From: Candidatus Saccharimonadota bacterium
GTDB taxonomy: Bacteria > Bacteroidota > Bacteroidia > Flavobacteriales > Blattabacteriaceae
Direction: 5' to 3'
DNA length: 32,000 nt
Assembly (NCBI RefSeq): GCF_024818015.1
Contig: NZ_CP093908.1
Coordinates: 120,001 to 152,000, forward strand
The notes beneath the pieces are model-generated. The model was not told the DNA's origin, did not search any database, and was given only the letters and a program-made list of their open reading frames with translations. The translations under genes and the position numbers were made by a program. Below, in pieces: positions 1 to 12,004 of this stretch; position 1 is the stretch's first letter, and the number at the start of each line of letters is the position of its first letter.

Positions 1-441
1 ACTTGTCATATAAAAAATGTACCTATTGGTATAGGTGAACCAGTTTTTGATAAACTTCATGCTGAATTAGGGAAAGCTATGCTGTCTATAAATGCTGTAA
101 AAGTATTTGAATATGGGAGCGGATTTGTTGGAACAAAAATTAAAGGATCTAATCATAATGATCTATTTACTAATAATGAAACTACTAAAACAAATTTTTC
201 TGGAGGAACACAAGGTGGATTATCTAATGGTATGGATATTTATTTCAACGTAGGATTTAAACCAGTAGCTACTATTATGAATAAGCAAAAAAGTATAGAT
301 ATTAATTTTTTTAAAAAAAAGATTTTGGTAAAAGGTCGTCATGATCCTTGTGTTTTACCTAGAGCTGTTCCTATTGTAGAGGCTATGTCTGCATTAGTTT
401 TATATGATAATATGCTTAATAATAGAGTATCTAAAATTTAA
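1..441 (+). CDS. aroC: chorismate synthase, C-terminal part (5' end is outside the window)
   Basis: Frame 1 is open from base 1. It translates as [42 protein letters not shown]...[18 protein letters not shown], matching conserved chorismate synthase motifs. Stop TAA at 439-441. Confidence 0.9.
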   Translation, partial: TCHIKNVPIGIGEPVFDKLHAELGKAMLSINAVKVFEYGSGFVGTKIKGSNHNDLFTNNETTKTNFSGGTQGGLSNGMDIYFNVGFKPVATIMNKQKSIDINFFKKKILVKGRHDPCVLPRAVPIVEAMSALVLYDNMLNNRVSKI

Positions 442-442
442 A

Positions 443-2239
443 ATGGAAAAAGGAAAAATTAAAGTAACAGTAGAAGATATTTTTCCTGTTATTAAAAAAT
501 TTTTATATTCAGATAATGAAATTTTCATAAGAGAGCTTGTTTCTAATGCAACTGACGCTATTTTAAAATTAAAAACTTTGATAAATTTAGGAAAAATTAA
601 GAAAAAAATAGATGATTTAATAATAGAAATTGTCATAGACAAGGAAAATAAAATTTTAAAAATTATAGATAATGGGATTGGAATGACTAAAAAAGAAGTA
701 AAAAAATATATTAATCAAATTGCTTTTTCAGGTGCCGAAGAATTTTTAAGAAAATATAAAGATAAAAATAATGAATATATAATTGGGAATTTTGGATTAG
801 GATTTTATTCATCTTTTATGGTTTCTGATAAGGTGGAAATAATATCTAAATCTTATAAAGATTCTGAAGATGCCATACATTGGATATGTGATGGAACTAC
901 TAATTTTTCTATTAAAAATATAGCAATTACTGGATCAGGGACTGAAATAAGACTTCATATTAATGATAGTTCTAAAGAATTTTTAGAAGAAAATAAAATA
1001 AAAGAATTACTAATTAAATACTGTAAATTTATGCCTATTCCTATAAAATTAGGAGAACGTGAAGTAAATAACCCATACCCGATATGGAAAAAAAATCCAA
1101 TAAATGTAAAAGATGAAGAATATCTAAATTTTTATAAAGAACTTTATCCACTGCAAATTGCAGATCCTTTATTTTGGATCCACTTAAATATAGATCATCC
1201 TTTTAACCTTACTGGTGTCCTTTTTTTTCCAAAAATTAAAAATCAAATAGAAATCCAAAGAGATAAGATACAATTATATAAAAATCAAGTATATGTTACA
1301 GATAATTTAGAAGGAATAGTACCAGATTTTCTTAATCTTTTAAAAGGTGTAATTGATTCTCCAGATATTCCACTTAATGTATCTAGATCTTATCTTCAAT
1401 CAGAGTCATCTGTAAAAAAAATTTCAGGTTATATTACAAGAAAAGTAGCAGAGAAGCTTGAAAATATGTGTAAAAATAATCGTGAAGATTTTGAAAAAAA
1501 TTGGGAGGATATCAAAATAATTATAGAATATGGAATGATTAGCGACTCAAATTTTTATTCAAAAGCAAAAAAATTTGCTTTATATCCTGATATAAATAAT
1601 CAATATTTTCTATTAGAAGAATATATAAAAAAAGCAAATAAATTGAAAAATAATAAAATTATTGGTTTCTATACTTCTAACATAGAAAATCAAAATTCTT
1701 ATATAGAAACAATAAAAAATAAAGGATATATAATCTTATTACTAGATAGTCCTATTGTTGGCCATTTACTACAAAAAATAGAAATGGATTATAAAAATCT
1801 AAATTTTTTTAGAGTAGATTCAGATCAAATAGATAAAATTTTAAAAAATGAAAATCAGAAAAATCTTTATTCAAAAGAAAAAACAAAGATTTTAGAAAAT
1901 CTGTTAAAACAAAATATTGACAATAATAAATTTCTAATAAAAATAGAAGATTTATCTGATTTTTCATTACCATTTATTATAACTGTTCCTGAATTTATTA
2001 GACGTATGAAAGAAATAAGTATGACTGGAAATAATATGTTTAATAGTAATTCTAAATATAATCTTATCGTTAATAAGAATCATAAATTGATCAAAAAAAT
2101 CATCAATGAAAAAGATTTAAAGACTAAAAAAAATCTTATAAAGAATTCATTACATTTGATAATGTTATCACAAAATCTTTTAACAGGAAAAGAATTAACA
2201 GATTTTATATATAACAGTTTTGAAATGCTTTCAAAATAA
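443..2239 (+). CDS. htpG: molecular chaperone HtpG (Hsp90 family)
   Basis: Contains the Hsp90/GHKL motifs FLYSDNEIFIRELVSNATDA and IDNGIGMTK...GNFGLGFYSSFMV. The likely true start is ATG 443 (MEKGKIKV). The track ORF starting at 404 overlaps the aroC 3' end. Confidence 0.9.
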   Translation: MEKGKIKVTVEDIFPVIKKFLYSDNEIFIRELVSNATDAILKLKTLINLGKIKKKIDDLIIEIVIDKENKILKIIDNGIGMTKKEVKKYINQIAFSGAEEFLRKYKDKNNEYIIGNFGLGFYSSFMVSDKVEIISKSYKDSEDAIHWICDGTTNFSIKNIAITGSGTEIRLHINDSSKEFLEENKIKELLIKYCKFMPIPIKLGEREVNNPYPIWKKNPINVKDEEYLNFYKELYPLQIADPLFWIHLNIDHPFNLTGVLFFPKIKNQIEIQRDKIQLYKNQVYVTDNLEGIVPDFLNLLKGVIDSPDIPLNVSRSYLQSESSVKKISGYITRKVAEKLENMCKNNREDFEKNWEDIKIIIEYGMISDSNFYSKAKKFALYPDINNQYFLLEEYIKKANKLKNNKIIGFYTSNIENQNSYIETIKNKGYIILLLDSPIVGHLLQKIEMDYKNLNFFRVDSDQIDKILKNENQKNLYSKEKTKILENLLKQNIDNNKFLIKIEDLSDFSLPFIITVPEFIRRMKEISMTGNNMFNSNSKYNLIVNKNHKLIKKIINEKDLKTKKNLIKNSLHLIMLSQNLLTGKELTDFIYNSFEMLSK

Positions 2240-2241
2240 GA

Positions 2242-3525
2242 TCATATGATTTTACATATCATATTTCCACAATCATCTATATTTAATAATGTAACATTTT
2301 TCATGTTATTAACTAAATCTGATTTACAAATTGTTTTAGTTCTAATATAATTATCTGTATATCCATATATATATCCTGATTTATTTTTATTTTCGAATAA
2401 GACATTCCTTTTTTTGTTGATTTGTTTTATATAAAATATCTTTTTTTTTTCTTTTGAAAGTCTTCTAAAGATTTTATTTCTTTTATAACGTATTTTTTGA
2501 CTAATTGAATTATTCATAATAAAAGCTTTTGTATTTCTTCTTTCAGAATAAGAAAATACATGTAAATAAGAGATATTTATTTCAGATAATAATGAATAAG
2601 TTTCTATAAAATTTTTTTCTTTTTCTCCTGGAAATCCTACAATTACATCTGAGCCTATACACGCCAAGGGCATAATATTTAATATTTTTTTGATTCTTTC
2701 TAAATAAAGATTTTTAGAATACCTTCTTTTCATTTTATTTAATATTTCATCACTACCAGATTGTAACGGTATATGAAAATGATTAACAAAAATCTTACTT
2801 TTATATATAAAATTAATTATATCATCACTTAATAAATTAGGTTCAATTGATGAAATTCTAATTCTAATTCTTTTTCGATCCTCTTCATTAAGAGATAACT
2901 CAATAGCTTGAATTAATTCTAAGAAATTCTGTTTTCCATAATCTCCTATATTAACACCAGTTAATACTATTTCTTTTATACCTTGTTTAATAATATTTTT
3001 AGCATAAAAAATAATATTTTTTATATTATCAGATATTGAAAAACCTCTAGCTTTTGTTATAGTACAGTAACTACATTTATAATCACAACCATCTTGTATT
3101 TTTAAATAAGAACGTGTACGATTTAATCTTGAATATGATGGAATATAGAGATTCTTATCTATTAAAGATAGATATTTCTTTTTTGATTTTTTTTTTAAAT
3201 GACTAATTATATTAAATTTTTCTTTTGATCCAATTATTAAATCTATACCATTTATTAATGATATTTCTTTTGGATTGACTTGTGAATAACAACCTATAGC
3301 TACTATAAAGGCGTTAACATTATTATTAATAGCAATACGTACAAGTTTTTTTAGTTCTTTTTCAGCATTTTTTGTTACTGAACATGTATTTATGATGTAT
3401 AAATCAGCATAAGATATAAATTTGACATATTCATATCCTTTTTTTAAAAATTTATTGATTATTGTATCTGTTTCAGCAAAATTTAGTTTACATCCTAATG
3501 TAGAAAAAGCAACTTTATTTAACAT
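2242..3525 (-). CDS. mtaB: radical-SAM tRNA methylthiotransferase, MtaB/MiaB-like
   Basis: N-terminal UPF0004 domain ([14 protein letters not shown]), radical-SAM CxxxCxxC motif ([10 protein letters not shown]), and the conserved [11 protein letters not shown] block. The gene ends with a TGA stop. Confidence 0.8.
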   Translation of the reverse strand: MLNKVAFSTLGCKLNFAETDTIINKFLKKGYEYVKFISYADLYIINTCSVTKNAEKELKKLVRIAINNNVNAFIVAIGCYSQVNPKEISLINGIDLIIGSKEKFNIISHLKKKSKKKYLSLIDKNLYIPSYSRLNRTRSYLKIQDGCDYKCSYCTITKARGFSISDNIKNIIFYAKNIIKQGIKEIVLTGVNIGDYGKQNFLELIQAIELSLNEEDRKRIRIRISSIEPNLLSDDIINFIYKSKIFVNHFHIPLQSGSDEILNKMKRRYSKNLYLERIKKILNIMPLACIGSDVIVGFPGEKEKNFIETYSLLSEINISYLHVFSYSERRNTKAFIMNNSISQKIRYKRNKIFRRLSKEKKKIFYIKQINKKRNVLFENKNKSGYIYGYTDNYIRTKTICKSDLVNNMKNVTLLNIDDCGNMICKII

Positions 3526-6502
3526 TTAAGGAATTATTAATTTGACAATGGAAAAAAAATGTTAAAGACAATTTATTTAAATTATAATAAAAATTATTAA
3601 ATAATTTAAAAGCTTTTATTTTATAAATAATAATTGGATATTTTTGTTCATAAACTGAATATTGTGAATATTTTCTTAAATCTTCAATATTATGGATATG
3701 GGTTTTCCATTTCTCATCTAGAAAATAGAGTATTATTTTTTTTTCAATATTCTTTATCATTTTGTATAAATTATTTTCCTCTTTCAAGAAAAGTATAATT
3801 ATTCTCTCATTTAGAGAATATGTAAAATAGTATTTTATTTTGTTGTTTTTACAACAAAATTTTTTATATGATTTTATATAAATCAGTTTTGATAAAATTA
3901 TCTTTTTTCTAATATCATAATATTTATTTATTTTATAATATAATTTTTTTTTCAAAAAAGTATTATTCAATAATTCCTCCTCTTGATATTCATTACTTTC
4001 CATCTTATCAACAAGATTATATATCATATATGATAATGAGATACTTGATAAATTTAATGCATTTCGGCGAAATGCATATAGAAATTTTCTTTGTTCATTG
4101 ATTACAGAATCATATTCTAACAAACGTTTTCTAATACTCAAGTTATTTTCTTCTATTTTTTTTTGAGCAAGTTGTATAGAGTTAGTTAGATACTCTCCTT
4201 TTTTATGACCTAATTTATCAAGTATTGTTGATAGACGATCTAATCCAAAAATACGCATTAAATCATCTTCCAATGATAAATAAAATTTAGAACTACCAGG
4301 ATCTCCTTGCCGCCCAGTACGACCTATTAATTGTCTATCAATACGTCTTGAATCATGTCTTTCAGTCCCAATTATAGCTAATCCACCTAATTTTTTAACT
4401 TCATCAGAAATTTTTATATCTGTTCCTCTCCCCGCCATATTAGTTGCAATCGTTACTATACCAGATTTCCCAGCTTCTTCAATTATATAAGCTTCTTTTT
4501 TATGATGTTTTGCATTTAAAACATTATTCTTAATATTTCTGATATTTAATGACCTACTAATAAGTTCAGATATTTCAACAGAAGTTGTTCCAACTAATAC
4601 AGGTCTTTTTTCATTTTTTGAGAAAAAAATAATTTCATCTATAATTGCATTATATTTTTCTTTTTTAGTTCTAAAAAGAAGATCATCATAATTTTTTCTT
4701 ATAATTGGTTTATTGGTAGGAATAATGACTACGTCAAGATTATAAATTTTAAGAAATTCTTCAGATTCTGTTTCAGCGGTTCCCGTCATACCTGATAGTT
4801 TTTTATACATTCTAAAATAATTTTGCAATGTAATAGTAGCTAGTGGTTGGCTTGAATTTTCTATATTTACATTTTCTTTAGCCTCCAATGCTTGATGTAA
4901 ACCATCTGAATAACGTTTTTCCTCTATAATTCTACCTGTTTGTTCATCTACTATTTTAACTTTATTATCTATAACTAGATAATGTATATTTTTATAAAAT
5001 AATGTGTAAGCTTTAATTAATTGATTGATAGTATGTATTTTCTCATATTTATTATAATAATTAGTTATTAATTCATTTTTTCTAATTTCTTTTTGTGTTT
5101 TAGAGATTTTTAGACTTTCTAAGTCAATAAATTTTTTCTGTATATCAGGAAGTATAAAAAAATTAGGATCATTCATTTCTTCAGAAAGAAAATTAATTCC
5201 TTTTTCCGAAAACTCTACAGTATTATTTTTTTCATTTATAATAAAAAATAAATCTGAATCTACAAGATTATTATCTTGCATATAATAAGATTCAGTATCT
5301 TCTAAGATTTTTCTATTTTTTTTTTCTCCTAAAAACTTAATAAGAGGCTTATATTTAGGTAACCCTCTATAAACTTTCAAAAGATTTAATCCACCTTCTT
5401 TTTCATTCCCTGAAATAATTTGCTCGCGAGATAAATTCAAAATTTGATTTAAAAAATAAACTTGTTTCTTAAACAGTTTTTTTACTTTGTCTTTTAAGAA
5501 ATAATAATTTGAATTAACTTGCCCGGAGACTCCCCCTGATATTATTAATGGTGTCCGGGCTTCATCTATTAAAACCGAATCTATTTCATCTATAATTGCA
5601 TAATTTAATTCTCTTTGTATTAAGTTTTTACATGAATAAACCATATTATCACGTAAATAATCAAATACAAATTCATTATTTGTACCATATGTAACATCTG
5701 CTTCATATGCTTTACGACGGAAATCTGAATTTTTTTTATATAAATCTATACAATCTACAGTTAATCCATGAAATTCCATAAGAGGGGCAATCCATTCACT
5801 ATCACGTTTAGCTAAATATTCATTTACGGTTACTACATGAACTCCTTTTCCAGTAAGAGCATTTAAATAAATCGGTAAAGTAGCTACTAAAGTTTTACCT
5901 TCACCAGTATACATTTCTGCTATTTTTCCTTGATGTAATACAATCCCTCCCATTAACTGTACATCATAATGTATCATATTCCATATAAACTCTTTCCCCA
6001 TATAACTCCATTTATTATTCCAAATAGTTTTTACTCCTTTTAATTCTAAATAAGATCTACTTTTAGAAAGTATAGAATCTAATTTATTAGATGTAACTAT
6101 TATTTGTTTATTTTCTTTAAATCTTTTGGCAGTTTCTTTTATAACTGCAAAGGCTTCAGGAAGTAATTCTAGTAAAATTTTGTCTTCTTCTTTAGAAATA
6201 TTATTTTGAATTTCTTCTATTTCAGATACAAGAAATTTATTTTCATGCATTTCCTCAATAGAAATAAAATTTTTATAAATTAGTTTTTTTTGTAAACCAA
6301 ATTTTTTTTCATATAGAAATTTGGTTTGTTTTTTTATTCTTCTTTTAAAAGAAAAAGTTTGATTTCTTAATTCATCATTTGAATAGAATTTGAATTGATC
6401 TCCAAAAAAATTTATTTTGTTTAAAACAATTTTGAATTCTTTAATTTCTATTTTATTTTTTGTTTTTAAAAAATAATTAATTAGATTATTGATATATATC
6501 AT
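3515..6502 (-). CDS. secA: preprotein translocase ATPase SecA
   Basis: 995 aa with the DEAD-motor motifs [42 protein letters not shown] and [10 protein letters not shown]...[23 protein letters not shown]. The C-terminal third is divergent and K/I/N-rich. Confidence 0.95.
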   Translation of the reverse strand: MIYINNLINYFLKTKNKIEIKEFKIVLNKINFFGDQFKFYSNDELRNQTFSFKRRIKKQTKFLYEKKFGLQKKLIYKNFISIEEMHENKFLVSEIEEIQNNISKEEDKILLELLPEAFAVIKETAKRFKENKQIIVTSNKLDSILSKSRSYLELKGVKTIWNNKWSYMGKEFIWNMIHYDVQLMGGIVLHQGKIAEMYTGEGKTLVATLPIYLNALTGKGVHVVTVNEYLAKRDSEWIAPLMEFHGLTVDCIDLYKKNSDFRRKAYEADVTYGTNNEFVFDYLRDNMVYSCKNLIQRELNYAIIDEIDSVLIDEARTPLIISGGVSGQVNSNYYFLKDKVKKLFKKQVYFLNQILNLSREQIISGNEKEGGLNLLKVYRGLPKYKPLIKFLGEKKNRKILEDTESYYMQDNNLVDSDLFFIINEKNNTVEFSEKGINFLSEEMNDPNFFILPDIQKKFIDLESLKISKTQKEIRKNELITNYYNKYEKIHTINQLIKAYTLFYKNIHYLVIDNKVKIVDEQTGRIIEEKRYSDGLHQALEAKENVNIENSSQPLATITLQNYFRMYKKLSGMTGTAETESEEFLKIYNLDVVIIPTNKPIIRKNYDDLLFRTKKEKYNAIIDEIIFFSKNEKRPVLVGTTSVEISELISRSLNIRNIKNNVLNAKHHKKEAYIIEEAGKSGIVTIATNMAGRGTDIKISDEVKKLGGLAIIGTERHDSRRIDRQLIGRTGRQGDPGSSKFYLSLEDDLMRIFGLDRLSTILDKLGHKKGEYLTNSIQLAQKKIEENNLSIRKRLLEYDSVINEQRKFLYAFRRNALNLSSISLSYMIYNLVDKMESNEYQEEELLNNTFLKKKLYYKINKYYDIRKKIILSKLIYIKSYKKFCCKNNKIKYYFTYSLNERIIILFLKEENNLYKMIKNIEKKIILYFLDEKWKTHIHNIEDLRKYSQYSVYEQKYPIIIYKIKAFKLFNNFYYNLNKLSLTFFFHCQINNSLNVK

Positions 6503-6527
6503 ATATTCATCTTTATTTATAACTTAT

Positions 6528-6854
6528 ATGATTAATAAAATTAATTTTGTATCAAACACTTCTAAAATAGATTTTAGAAAATTAAATTCTGGAGATAATA
6601 TAACAGTTTATTATTCAATAATTGAAGGAGAAAAGAAAAGAATCCAATCCTTTAAAGGAGTGATAATTAAAATTAAATCACAAACTTTTACTGTACGTAA
6701 AATTAGTGGAGAAATAGGTGTAGAAAGAATATTTAATATTAATCAAACTTCAATAAAAAAAGTTATTTTAAATAAAAAAGGTCAAGTACGTAAATCAAAA
6801 ATTTATTATTTTAGAAAATTAAGAGGCAAAAAAGCTAAAATTAAAGAAAAATAA
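6528..6854 (+). CDS. rplS: 50S ribosomal protein L19
   Basis: GDNITVYY.IIEG.KKRIQSFKGVII...TFTVRKISGEIGVERIF is L19-like. The probable start is ATG 6528 (MINKINF). The track ORF start at 6489 lies inside the secA 5' end. Confidence 0.85.
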   Translation: MINKINFVSNTSKIDFRKLNSGDNITVYYSIIEGEKKRIQSFKGVIIKIKSQTFTVRKISGEIGVERIFNINQTSIKKVILNKKGQVRKSKIYYFRKLRGKKAKIKEK

Positions 6855-6857
6855 TAG

Positions 6858-7118
6858 ATGTCATTAAAAATAACAGAAAAATGTATTAATTGTGGTGCTT
6901 GTGAACCAGAATGTCCTAATAATGCAATTTCTGAAGGATATAAAGAATGTACAGATGGAACTAAAAATTATTACTATTTTATAGTACCAGAAAAATGTAC
7001 AGAATGTTTAGGATTTTATGATGAACCTCAATGTGCTTCTGTATGTCCAGTAGATTGTTGTATCTTAGATGAAGAAAATCTAGAATCTGAGGAAGACCTT
7101 TTGAAAAAAAGACTCTAA
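6858..7118 (+). CDS. YfhL-type 2x[4Fe-4S] ferredoxin
   Basis: [16 protein letters not shown] plus [21 protein letters not shown] is the cysteine pattern of E. coli YfhL-like ferredoxins. Length is 86 aa. Confidence 0.8.
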   Translation: MSLKITEKCINCGACEPECPNNAISEGYKECTDGTKNYYYFIVPEKCTECLGFYDEPQCASVCPVDCCILDEENLESEEDLLKKRL

Positions 7119-7120
7119 TT

Positions 7121-8431
7121 CTAATCTAAATTTAATAACCACTTTTTAAAAGTGTCATATTTATTACTCAATTGTATACTTTTTTTTTCTTTTTTTAGAA
7201 GCTTTATTACTTTCTTTTCTAAAGAAATTTTTTGATCTATTCCCTTAGAAATTTTATCTAAAAATTTCACTGGAGCGGCTGTTGATAAAAAAATATTTTT
7301 TGTATTATTTTTCTTTTTAAGAAATTGTTTTAAACCTAAATATCCAATTGCTCCATGTGGATCCATAATATATTTATAATTTGCCCAAATTGATTTTATA
7401 ATCTCAAATGTTTCTTTATCAGAAAAAGAATATGCAGATACAAGTTTTTTGATATTATTTACATTTTTAAACATGTACATTATACGACTAAAATTACTTG
7501 GATCAGATATATCCATGGCATTAGAAATTGTTTCTTGTGTAGGAAATGGATTATAAATCCCTGTTTTTAACAATCTGGGAATCGTGTCATTTATATTTGT
7601 AGCTGCAATAAACTGTTTTACTGGTAAACCCATTTTAAATGCTATTAACCCTGCACATATATTTCCAAAATTACCGCTAGGTATAGAAATAATAAGTTTC
7701 TCATTGGAATGAGAATGAATTGGAAATAAAAGTTTATAACACATAAAATAATAAAATATTTGAGATAGTAAACGTGCAATATTTATTGAATTTGCTGAGG
7801 TTATAAATAAATTTTCACGTATTTGGTTGTCAGAAAAAGCTTTTTTTACCAACATTTGGCAGTCATCAAAATTCCCTTTTATTTCTAAAGCTAGAATATT
7901 ATTTCCTAATGTTGTAATCTGTTTTTCTTGTAAAATACTTATTTTAGAAGAAGGATATAATATAACTACTTTTACACCATCAATTTTATTGAAAGCATTA
8001 GCCACTGCAGCTCCTGTATCACCAGAAGTAGCAGTAAGTATTATAATGTTTTTATTAAGTTCTTTACAAAAATATTTGATACACCCTGACATAAATTTTA
8101 CCCCTATATCTTTAAAAGCCATAGTAGGTCCTAAAAATAACTCTAATGAGTAAATATTCGCATAAATATTATTAATATTTATTTTAAAATTTACTGTATT
8201 AGATATAATATTTAATAATTCTCTATGTGGAATTTCATTTCCAATGAAAGGTTGGATAACTTCCATCATTAAATGATGTTCATCATAATTTGATATATTT
8301 TTTATAATTTGTTTTTTTAAAACCGGTATCTTTTCAGGAAAATACAAACCTTTTTCTGGACTTTGTCCAGTTAAAACAGCTTCCTTAAAAGAAACTTTAT
8401 ACTTAAAATTTTTTAAACTTTTATACAGCAT
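7121..8431 (-). CDS. thrC: threonine synthase
   Basis: PLP-lysine motif GPTMAFKDIG, and TATSGDTGAAVA. It is the last gene of a thrA-thrB-thrC block. Confidence 0.9.
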   Translation of the reverse strand: MLYKSLKNFKYKVSFKEAVLTGQSPEKGLYFPEKIPVLKKQIIKNISNYDEHHLMMEVIQPFIGNEIPHRELLNIISNTVNFKININNIYANIYSLELFLGPTMAFKDIGVKFMSGCIKYFCKELNKNIIILTATSGDTGAAVANAFNKIDGVKVVILYPSSKISILQEKQITTLGNNILALEIKGNFDDCQMLVKKAFSDNQIRENLFITSANSINIARLLSQIFYYFMCYKLLFPIHSHSNEKLIISIPSGNFGNICAGLIAFKMGLPVKQFIAATNINDTIPRLLKTGIYNPFPTQETISNAMDISDPSNFSRIMYMFKNVNNIKKLVSAYSFSDKETFEIIKSIWANYKYIMDPHGAIGYLGLKQFLKKKNNTKNIFLSTAAPVKFLDKISKGIDQKISLEKKVIKLLKKEKKSIQLSNKYDTFKKWLLNLD

Positions 8432-8434
8432 AAT

Positions 8435-9367
8435 TTAATTCAATTCATAATATACAATTCCAGTTTTATTAATAGAAGAAGTATAAATTTTATAATTTAA
8501 TTCTAATTTAGAATAAATATGTTCCATAACATTAGTTACTAATTCTGCTTTTTTTTTTCCATTACTTAACATAAAGACAGAAGGGCCAGAACCAGAAATT
8601 CCTCCTCCTAATGCACCTATTGATTTACATTTAATTTTTAATTCATTAAAAGCTGGTATTAATATAGCACGGATAGGTTCTATAATTACATCATCTAATG
8701 ATCTACTTATAATATCATAATCTTCCTTATATAATCCTGCTATTAAAGCCCCTAAATTCCCCCATTGTTTTATTGCCTCAGTAATTAATATTTTATGTTT
8801 TAATATCTCTCTCGCTTCAGATGTTTTTATTTCTATTTCTGGATGAAGAATACTAACCCAAATCTTATCTGGTGAACGTAAAGAAATTATATCTAAAGGT
8901 TTATAACTTCTAATTAATGTTATTCCTCCAATAATAGCTGGAGCAACATTATCTGCATGAGGAACCCCTCCAGCTAATCTTTCACCTTCCATAGCAAATT
9001 TAATTAAATCTTTTTTTTTAAAAGGATTTCCTAATAAATAGTTAGCTCCTACTACAATTCCTGCTGCACTAGCAGCACTAGAACCTATTCCACTTCCTGG
9101 TTGAATATTTTTAGAAATTTCTATATCAAATCCTATATTTGATTTCTTAATCTTATTTAATAAGGCTTGTAAGGCAATACTAATTACATTTTTTTTTCTA
9201 TTTTTAGATAAATTAGCTCCAAAAATTTTTTTTATTCTTATTCCAGGTATATCAGTTATTTTTATTATGATTTCATCATTAGGAATATTTACAGCTAAGC
9301 CTAGAACATCAAATCCACAAACTATATTTGCTATAGTGGCAGGAGCAATTACTTTTATTATATTCAT
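8435..9367 (-). CDS. thrB: homoserine kinase
   Basis: GHMP-kinase motif PGSGIGSSAASAAG and an N-terminal APATIANIVCGFDVLG. It sits between thrA and thrC. Confidence 0.9.
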   Translation of the reverse strand: MNIIKVIAPATIANIVCGFDVLGLAVNIPNDEIIIKITDIPGIRIKKIFGANLSKNRKKNVISIALQALLNKIKKSNIGFDIEISKNIQPGSGIGSSAASAAGIVVGANYLLGNPFKKKDLIKFAMEGERLAGGVPHADNVAPAIIGGITLIRSYKPLDIISLRSPDKIWVSILHPEIEIKTSEAREILKHKILITEAIKQWGNLGALIAGLYKEDYDIISRSLDDVIIEPIRAILIPAFNELKIKCKSIGALGGGISGSGPSVFMLSNGKKKAELVTNVMEHIYSKLELNYKIYTSSINKTGIVYYELN

Positions 9368-11811
9368 TTTATACTAGCTTTAATTATATCTGACAATACT
9401 CCAGATGCAGTAACTTCTGCACCAGCCCCTGCACCTTTTATAATTAAAGGTTGTTCACTATATCTATGTGTATTATATAATACCATATTATCTTTACCTT
9501 CAAGGTTAAAAAAAGGATGATCAATTCCTATTGACTTTAAACCTACATATGCATTACCCTTTTCATATTTAGCTATAAAACGTAATTTTTTACCTTTTTT
9601 CACAGTTTTTTCACGTATTTTATAAAAATAATTATTATATTTTTCTAAAATCGAATAAAAATTATCTATTGAAGTAGATTTTAAACATTCTTCAGGTAAA
9701 AAATTTGTTTGATATATATTTTCTAATTCGATATTAGATCCACATTCACGTGCTAATATCAAGATTTTTCTCATTACATCTATTCCACTAAGATCTAGAC
9801 GTGGATCTGGTTCTGTATATCCAAACTTTTGTGCTTCTATTACAACTTCAAAAAAGTTTTTATTATCAATAAATTGATTAAAAATAAAATTTAAACTACC
9901 AGAAAGAACAGCCTCAATTTTATATATTTTATCGCCACTATTGATTAAATCATTAAGTGTGCTAATAACTGGTAAACTAGCTCCTACATTAGTTTCAAAT
10001 AAAAATGGTGAATTAAAATTTATTGAAAATTCTTTAAGTTTTTTATAATAATAATAATTTGATGAACATGCTATTTTATTACATGTAATAACACCTATTC
10101 CTTTCTTTAAAAAATTTTCATATCTCATAGCAAGATTACTATCTGCAGTATTATCAACAAATATACTATTTCTAAGATTCATTTCATACATTATTTCAAT
10201 AAATCTTTTGAAAGACATATCATAAGAACTAGTTTTTAAATAACATTTATATTTATTTATATTTATTCCTTTTTTTTTAAAAATCATTTTTTTACTATTT
10301 GCTAAACCAATTACTCTTAATTGAACTTTAAATTCTTGATTTAAATATTTTTTTTGTTGATTTATTTGACCTAAAAGATTACTTCCTACTTTTCCTAATC
10401 CTATTATAAATAAATTTATTTGTTTACTGGGGGTTTCAAAAAATTCTTCATGTAAAATATTTAGTGCCTTTTTTAAATCTGGTTTTTTTATAACAACTGA
10501 AATATTTTTTTCAGTTGAGCCTTGAGCAATAGCTCGTATATTAATACTATTTTTCCCCATAGCACTAAATATTTTACCACTGGTCCCATGCTTCATATTT
10601 TCTCCTACAATAGCTATAATACATAAATCTTTTTCTATATAAAGTGGTTCTATACTTTTATTAGATATTTCTCTGTAAAATTCATTATCAATAACTATTT
10701 TAGCTTTTAAAACATCATTATCATGTATACCTACTGCTATAGAATGTTCTGATGAACTTTGGGTAATTAATACTACATTAATTCGTTTCTCTGAAAGAGT
10801 CTTAAAAAGTCTTTTAGAGTAACCAGGTATTCCTACCATTACACTACCTTCTAATGTTATTAATGATATTTGTTTCATTACATAAATTCCAGTTACAGTC
10901 TTTTTTTTAATAAAACTAATATGATTTATAAAAGATCCAGTTTTTTTTTCTTCAAAAATACTTTTAATTTTTATAGGTATATTTTGTTCTATAACTGGTT
11001 GTAAAGTTGGAGGATATATTATTTTAGCACAAAAATGTGACAACTCTATTGCTTCTTCATATGATATATTTTTTATAGTATAAGCTTGTGATACTAATTT
11101 AGGATCAGCTGTCATTATACCATTGACATTTGTCCATATTTCTAATAAATCTGCTTTTAAAGCAGAAGCAACAATACATGCTATATAGTCTGAACCCCCT
11201 ATTCCTAATGGAGGAGTTTTTACTTCTGATGAAAAAGCTATAAAACCTGGCAATATAATATATTGGGATTTTTCTTTTTTAAAAAAAGAAATAATTTTAG
11301 AATTACTTTTTTTTACTCCCAACTCATAATCTTTTATTATTAATTCTCTACTATCTTTCCATTTGACTTTTAAATCAAATTCTTGAATTTTTGCTGCTAT
11401 GAAATAAGACGAATTTATTACTCCAAAACTAATTATATTATCTAATGAAGATTTTGATAATTCTTCTACTTGAAAGATTCCATCACATAAATTTTCTAAG
11501 ATATTTAGATTGATTTTAAATCTACTAATTAGACAACTTTGGTTTTTTTTAAAAAATAATTCATGTATTATATTTATATGTTTATATTCTATTAATTCTA
11601 ATATTTTTTTGTAATCATTATTTCTTTTATAAGCTAATTCCCCACATTTAATTAAATTATTTGTAATATTATATATAGCAGATATAATTATAGCATATTT
11701 TACATTATTTTTAGATTTATAATTAATTAAAAAATTACAGATTTGTTTTAGTGATTCACTATCAACGAGTGAACTACTTCCAAACTTTAAGACTTTTATA
11801 GCATTCGCCAT
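9364..11811 (-). CDS. thrA: bifunctional aspartokinase / homoserine dehydrogenase
   Basis: 815 aa. N-terminal aspartokinase domain (VLKFGSSSL, GGSDY...TNVNGIMTADP), central ACT region, and C-terminal homoserine dehydrogenase domain (GLGKVGSNL, GYTEPDPRLDLSG.DV.RK, IKGAGAGAEVTASGV). Confidence 0.9.
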   Translation of the reverse strand: MANAIKVLKFGSSSLVDSESLKQICNFLINYKSKNNVKYAIIISAIYNITNNLIKCGELAYKRNNDYKKILELIEYKHINIIHELFFKKNQSCLISRFKINLNILENLCDGIFQVEELSKSSLDNIISFGVINSSYFIAAKIQEFDLKVKWKDSRELIIKDYELGVKKSNSKIISFFKKEKSQYIILPGFIAFSSEVKTPPLGIGGSDYIACIVASALKADLLEIWTNVNGIMTADPKLVSQAYTIKNISYEEAIELSHFCAKIIYPPTLQPVIEQNIPIKIKSIFEEKKTGSFINHISFIKKKTVTGIYVMKQISLITLEGSVMVGIPGYSKRLFKTLSEKRINVVLITQSSSEHSIAVGIHDNDVLKAKIVIDNEFYREISNKSIEPLYIEKDLCIIAIVGENMKHGTSGKIFSAMGKNSINIRAIAQGSTEKNISVVIKKPDLKKALNILHEEFFETPSKQINLFIIGLGKVGSNLLGQINQQKKYLNQEFKVQLRVIGLANSKKMIFKKKGININKYKCYLKTSSYDMSFKRFIEIMYEMNLRNSIFVDNTADSNLAMRYENFLKKGIGVITCNKIACSSNYYYYKKLKEFSINFNSPFLFETNVGASLPVISTLNDLINSGDKIYKIEAVLSGSLNFIFNQFIDNKNFFEVVIEAQKFGYTEPDPRLDLSGIDVMRKILILARECGSNIELENIYQTNFLPEECLKSTSIDNFYSILEKYNNYFYKIREKTVKKGKKLRFIAKYEKGNAYVGLKSIGIDHPFFNLEGKDNMVLYNTHRYSEQPLIIKGAGAGAEVTASGVLSDIIKASIK

Positions 11812-11841
11812 TAGGTTTTAATTTAATTTGATTTCCTATCG

Positions 11842-11914
11842 TGATCACGACAGGATTTGAACCTGCAACATACTGCTTAGAAGGCAGTTGCTCTATCCAT
11901 TAAGCTACGTGACC
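11842..11914 (-). tRNA. tRNA-Arg (anticodon TCT)
   Basis: I folded the cloverleaf by hand on the minus strand: acceptor GGTCACG/CGTGATC, anticodon arm ACTGC-CTTCTAA-GCAGT, T arm GCAGG-TTCAAAT-CCTGT. No CCA is encoded. Confidence 0.85.
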
Positions 11915-11920
11915 CATAAG

Positions 11921-11995
11921 TCGGGATGATAGGATTCGAACCTACGACCTCCTGGTCCCAAACCAGGCGCGATTACCGTACTACGCTACATCCCG
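11921..11995 (-). tRNA. tRNA-Pro (anticodon TGG)
   Basis: Acceptor CGGGATG/CATCCCG, anticodon arm CCTGG-TTTGGGA-CCAGG, T arm GTAGG-TTCGAAT-CCTAT. Confidence 0.85.
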
Positions 11996-12004
11996 TTTCG
12001 TTTG

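Noticed and set aside
400-642. Antisense or shadow ORFs from the track. By coordinates and host gene: 400-642 (htpG), 7827-8153 (thrC), 12768-13001 (der), 13988-14239 (lipA), 21532-21753 (rplI), 23579-23794 (dapA), 24525-24731 (prfB), 25188-25370 (prfB/dapB).
   Set aside because: Each lies entirely opposite a well-supported conserved gene. Each has low-complexity F/I/L/K-rich translations and no recognisable motifs. Such open frames are expected by chance opposite AT-rich coding sequence.
11812-11841. A possible threonine-operon leader or attenuator upstream of thrA, or a lysine riboswitch upstream of dapA (24202-24243).
   Set aside because: The spacers are only about 30 and 42 nt. That is too short for a leader peptide with terminator/antiterminator or for a riboswitch aptamer, and no Thr/Ile-rich mini-ORF is visible.
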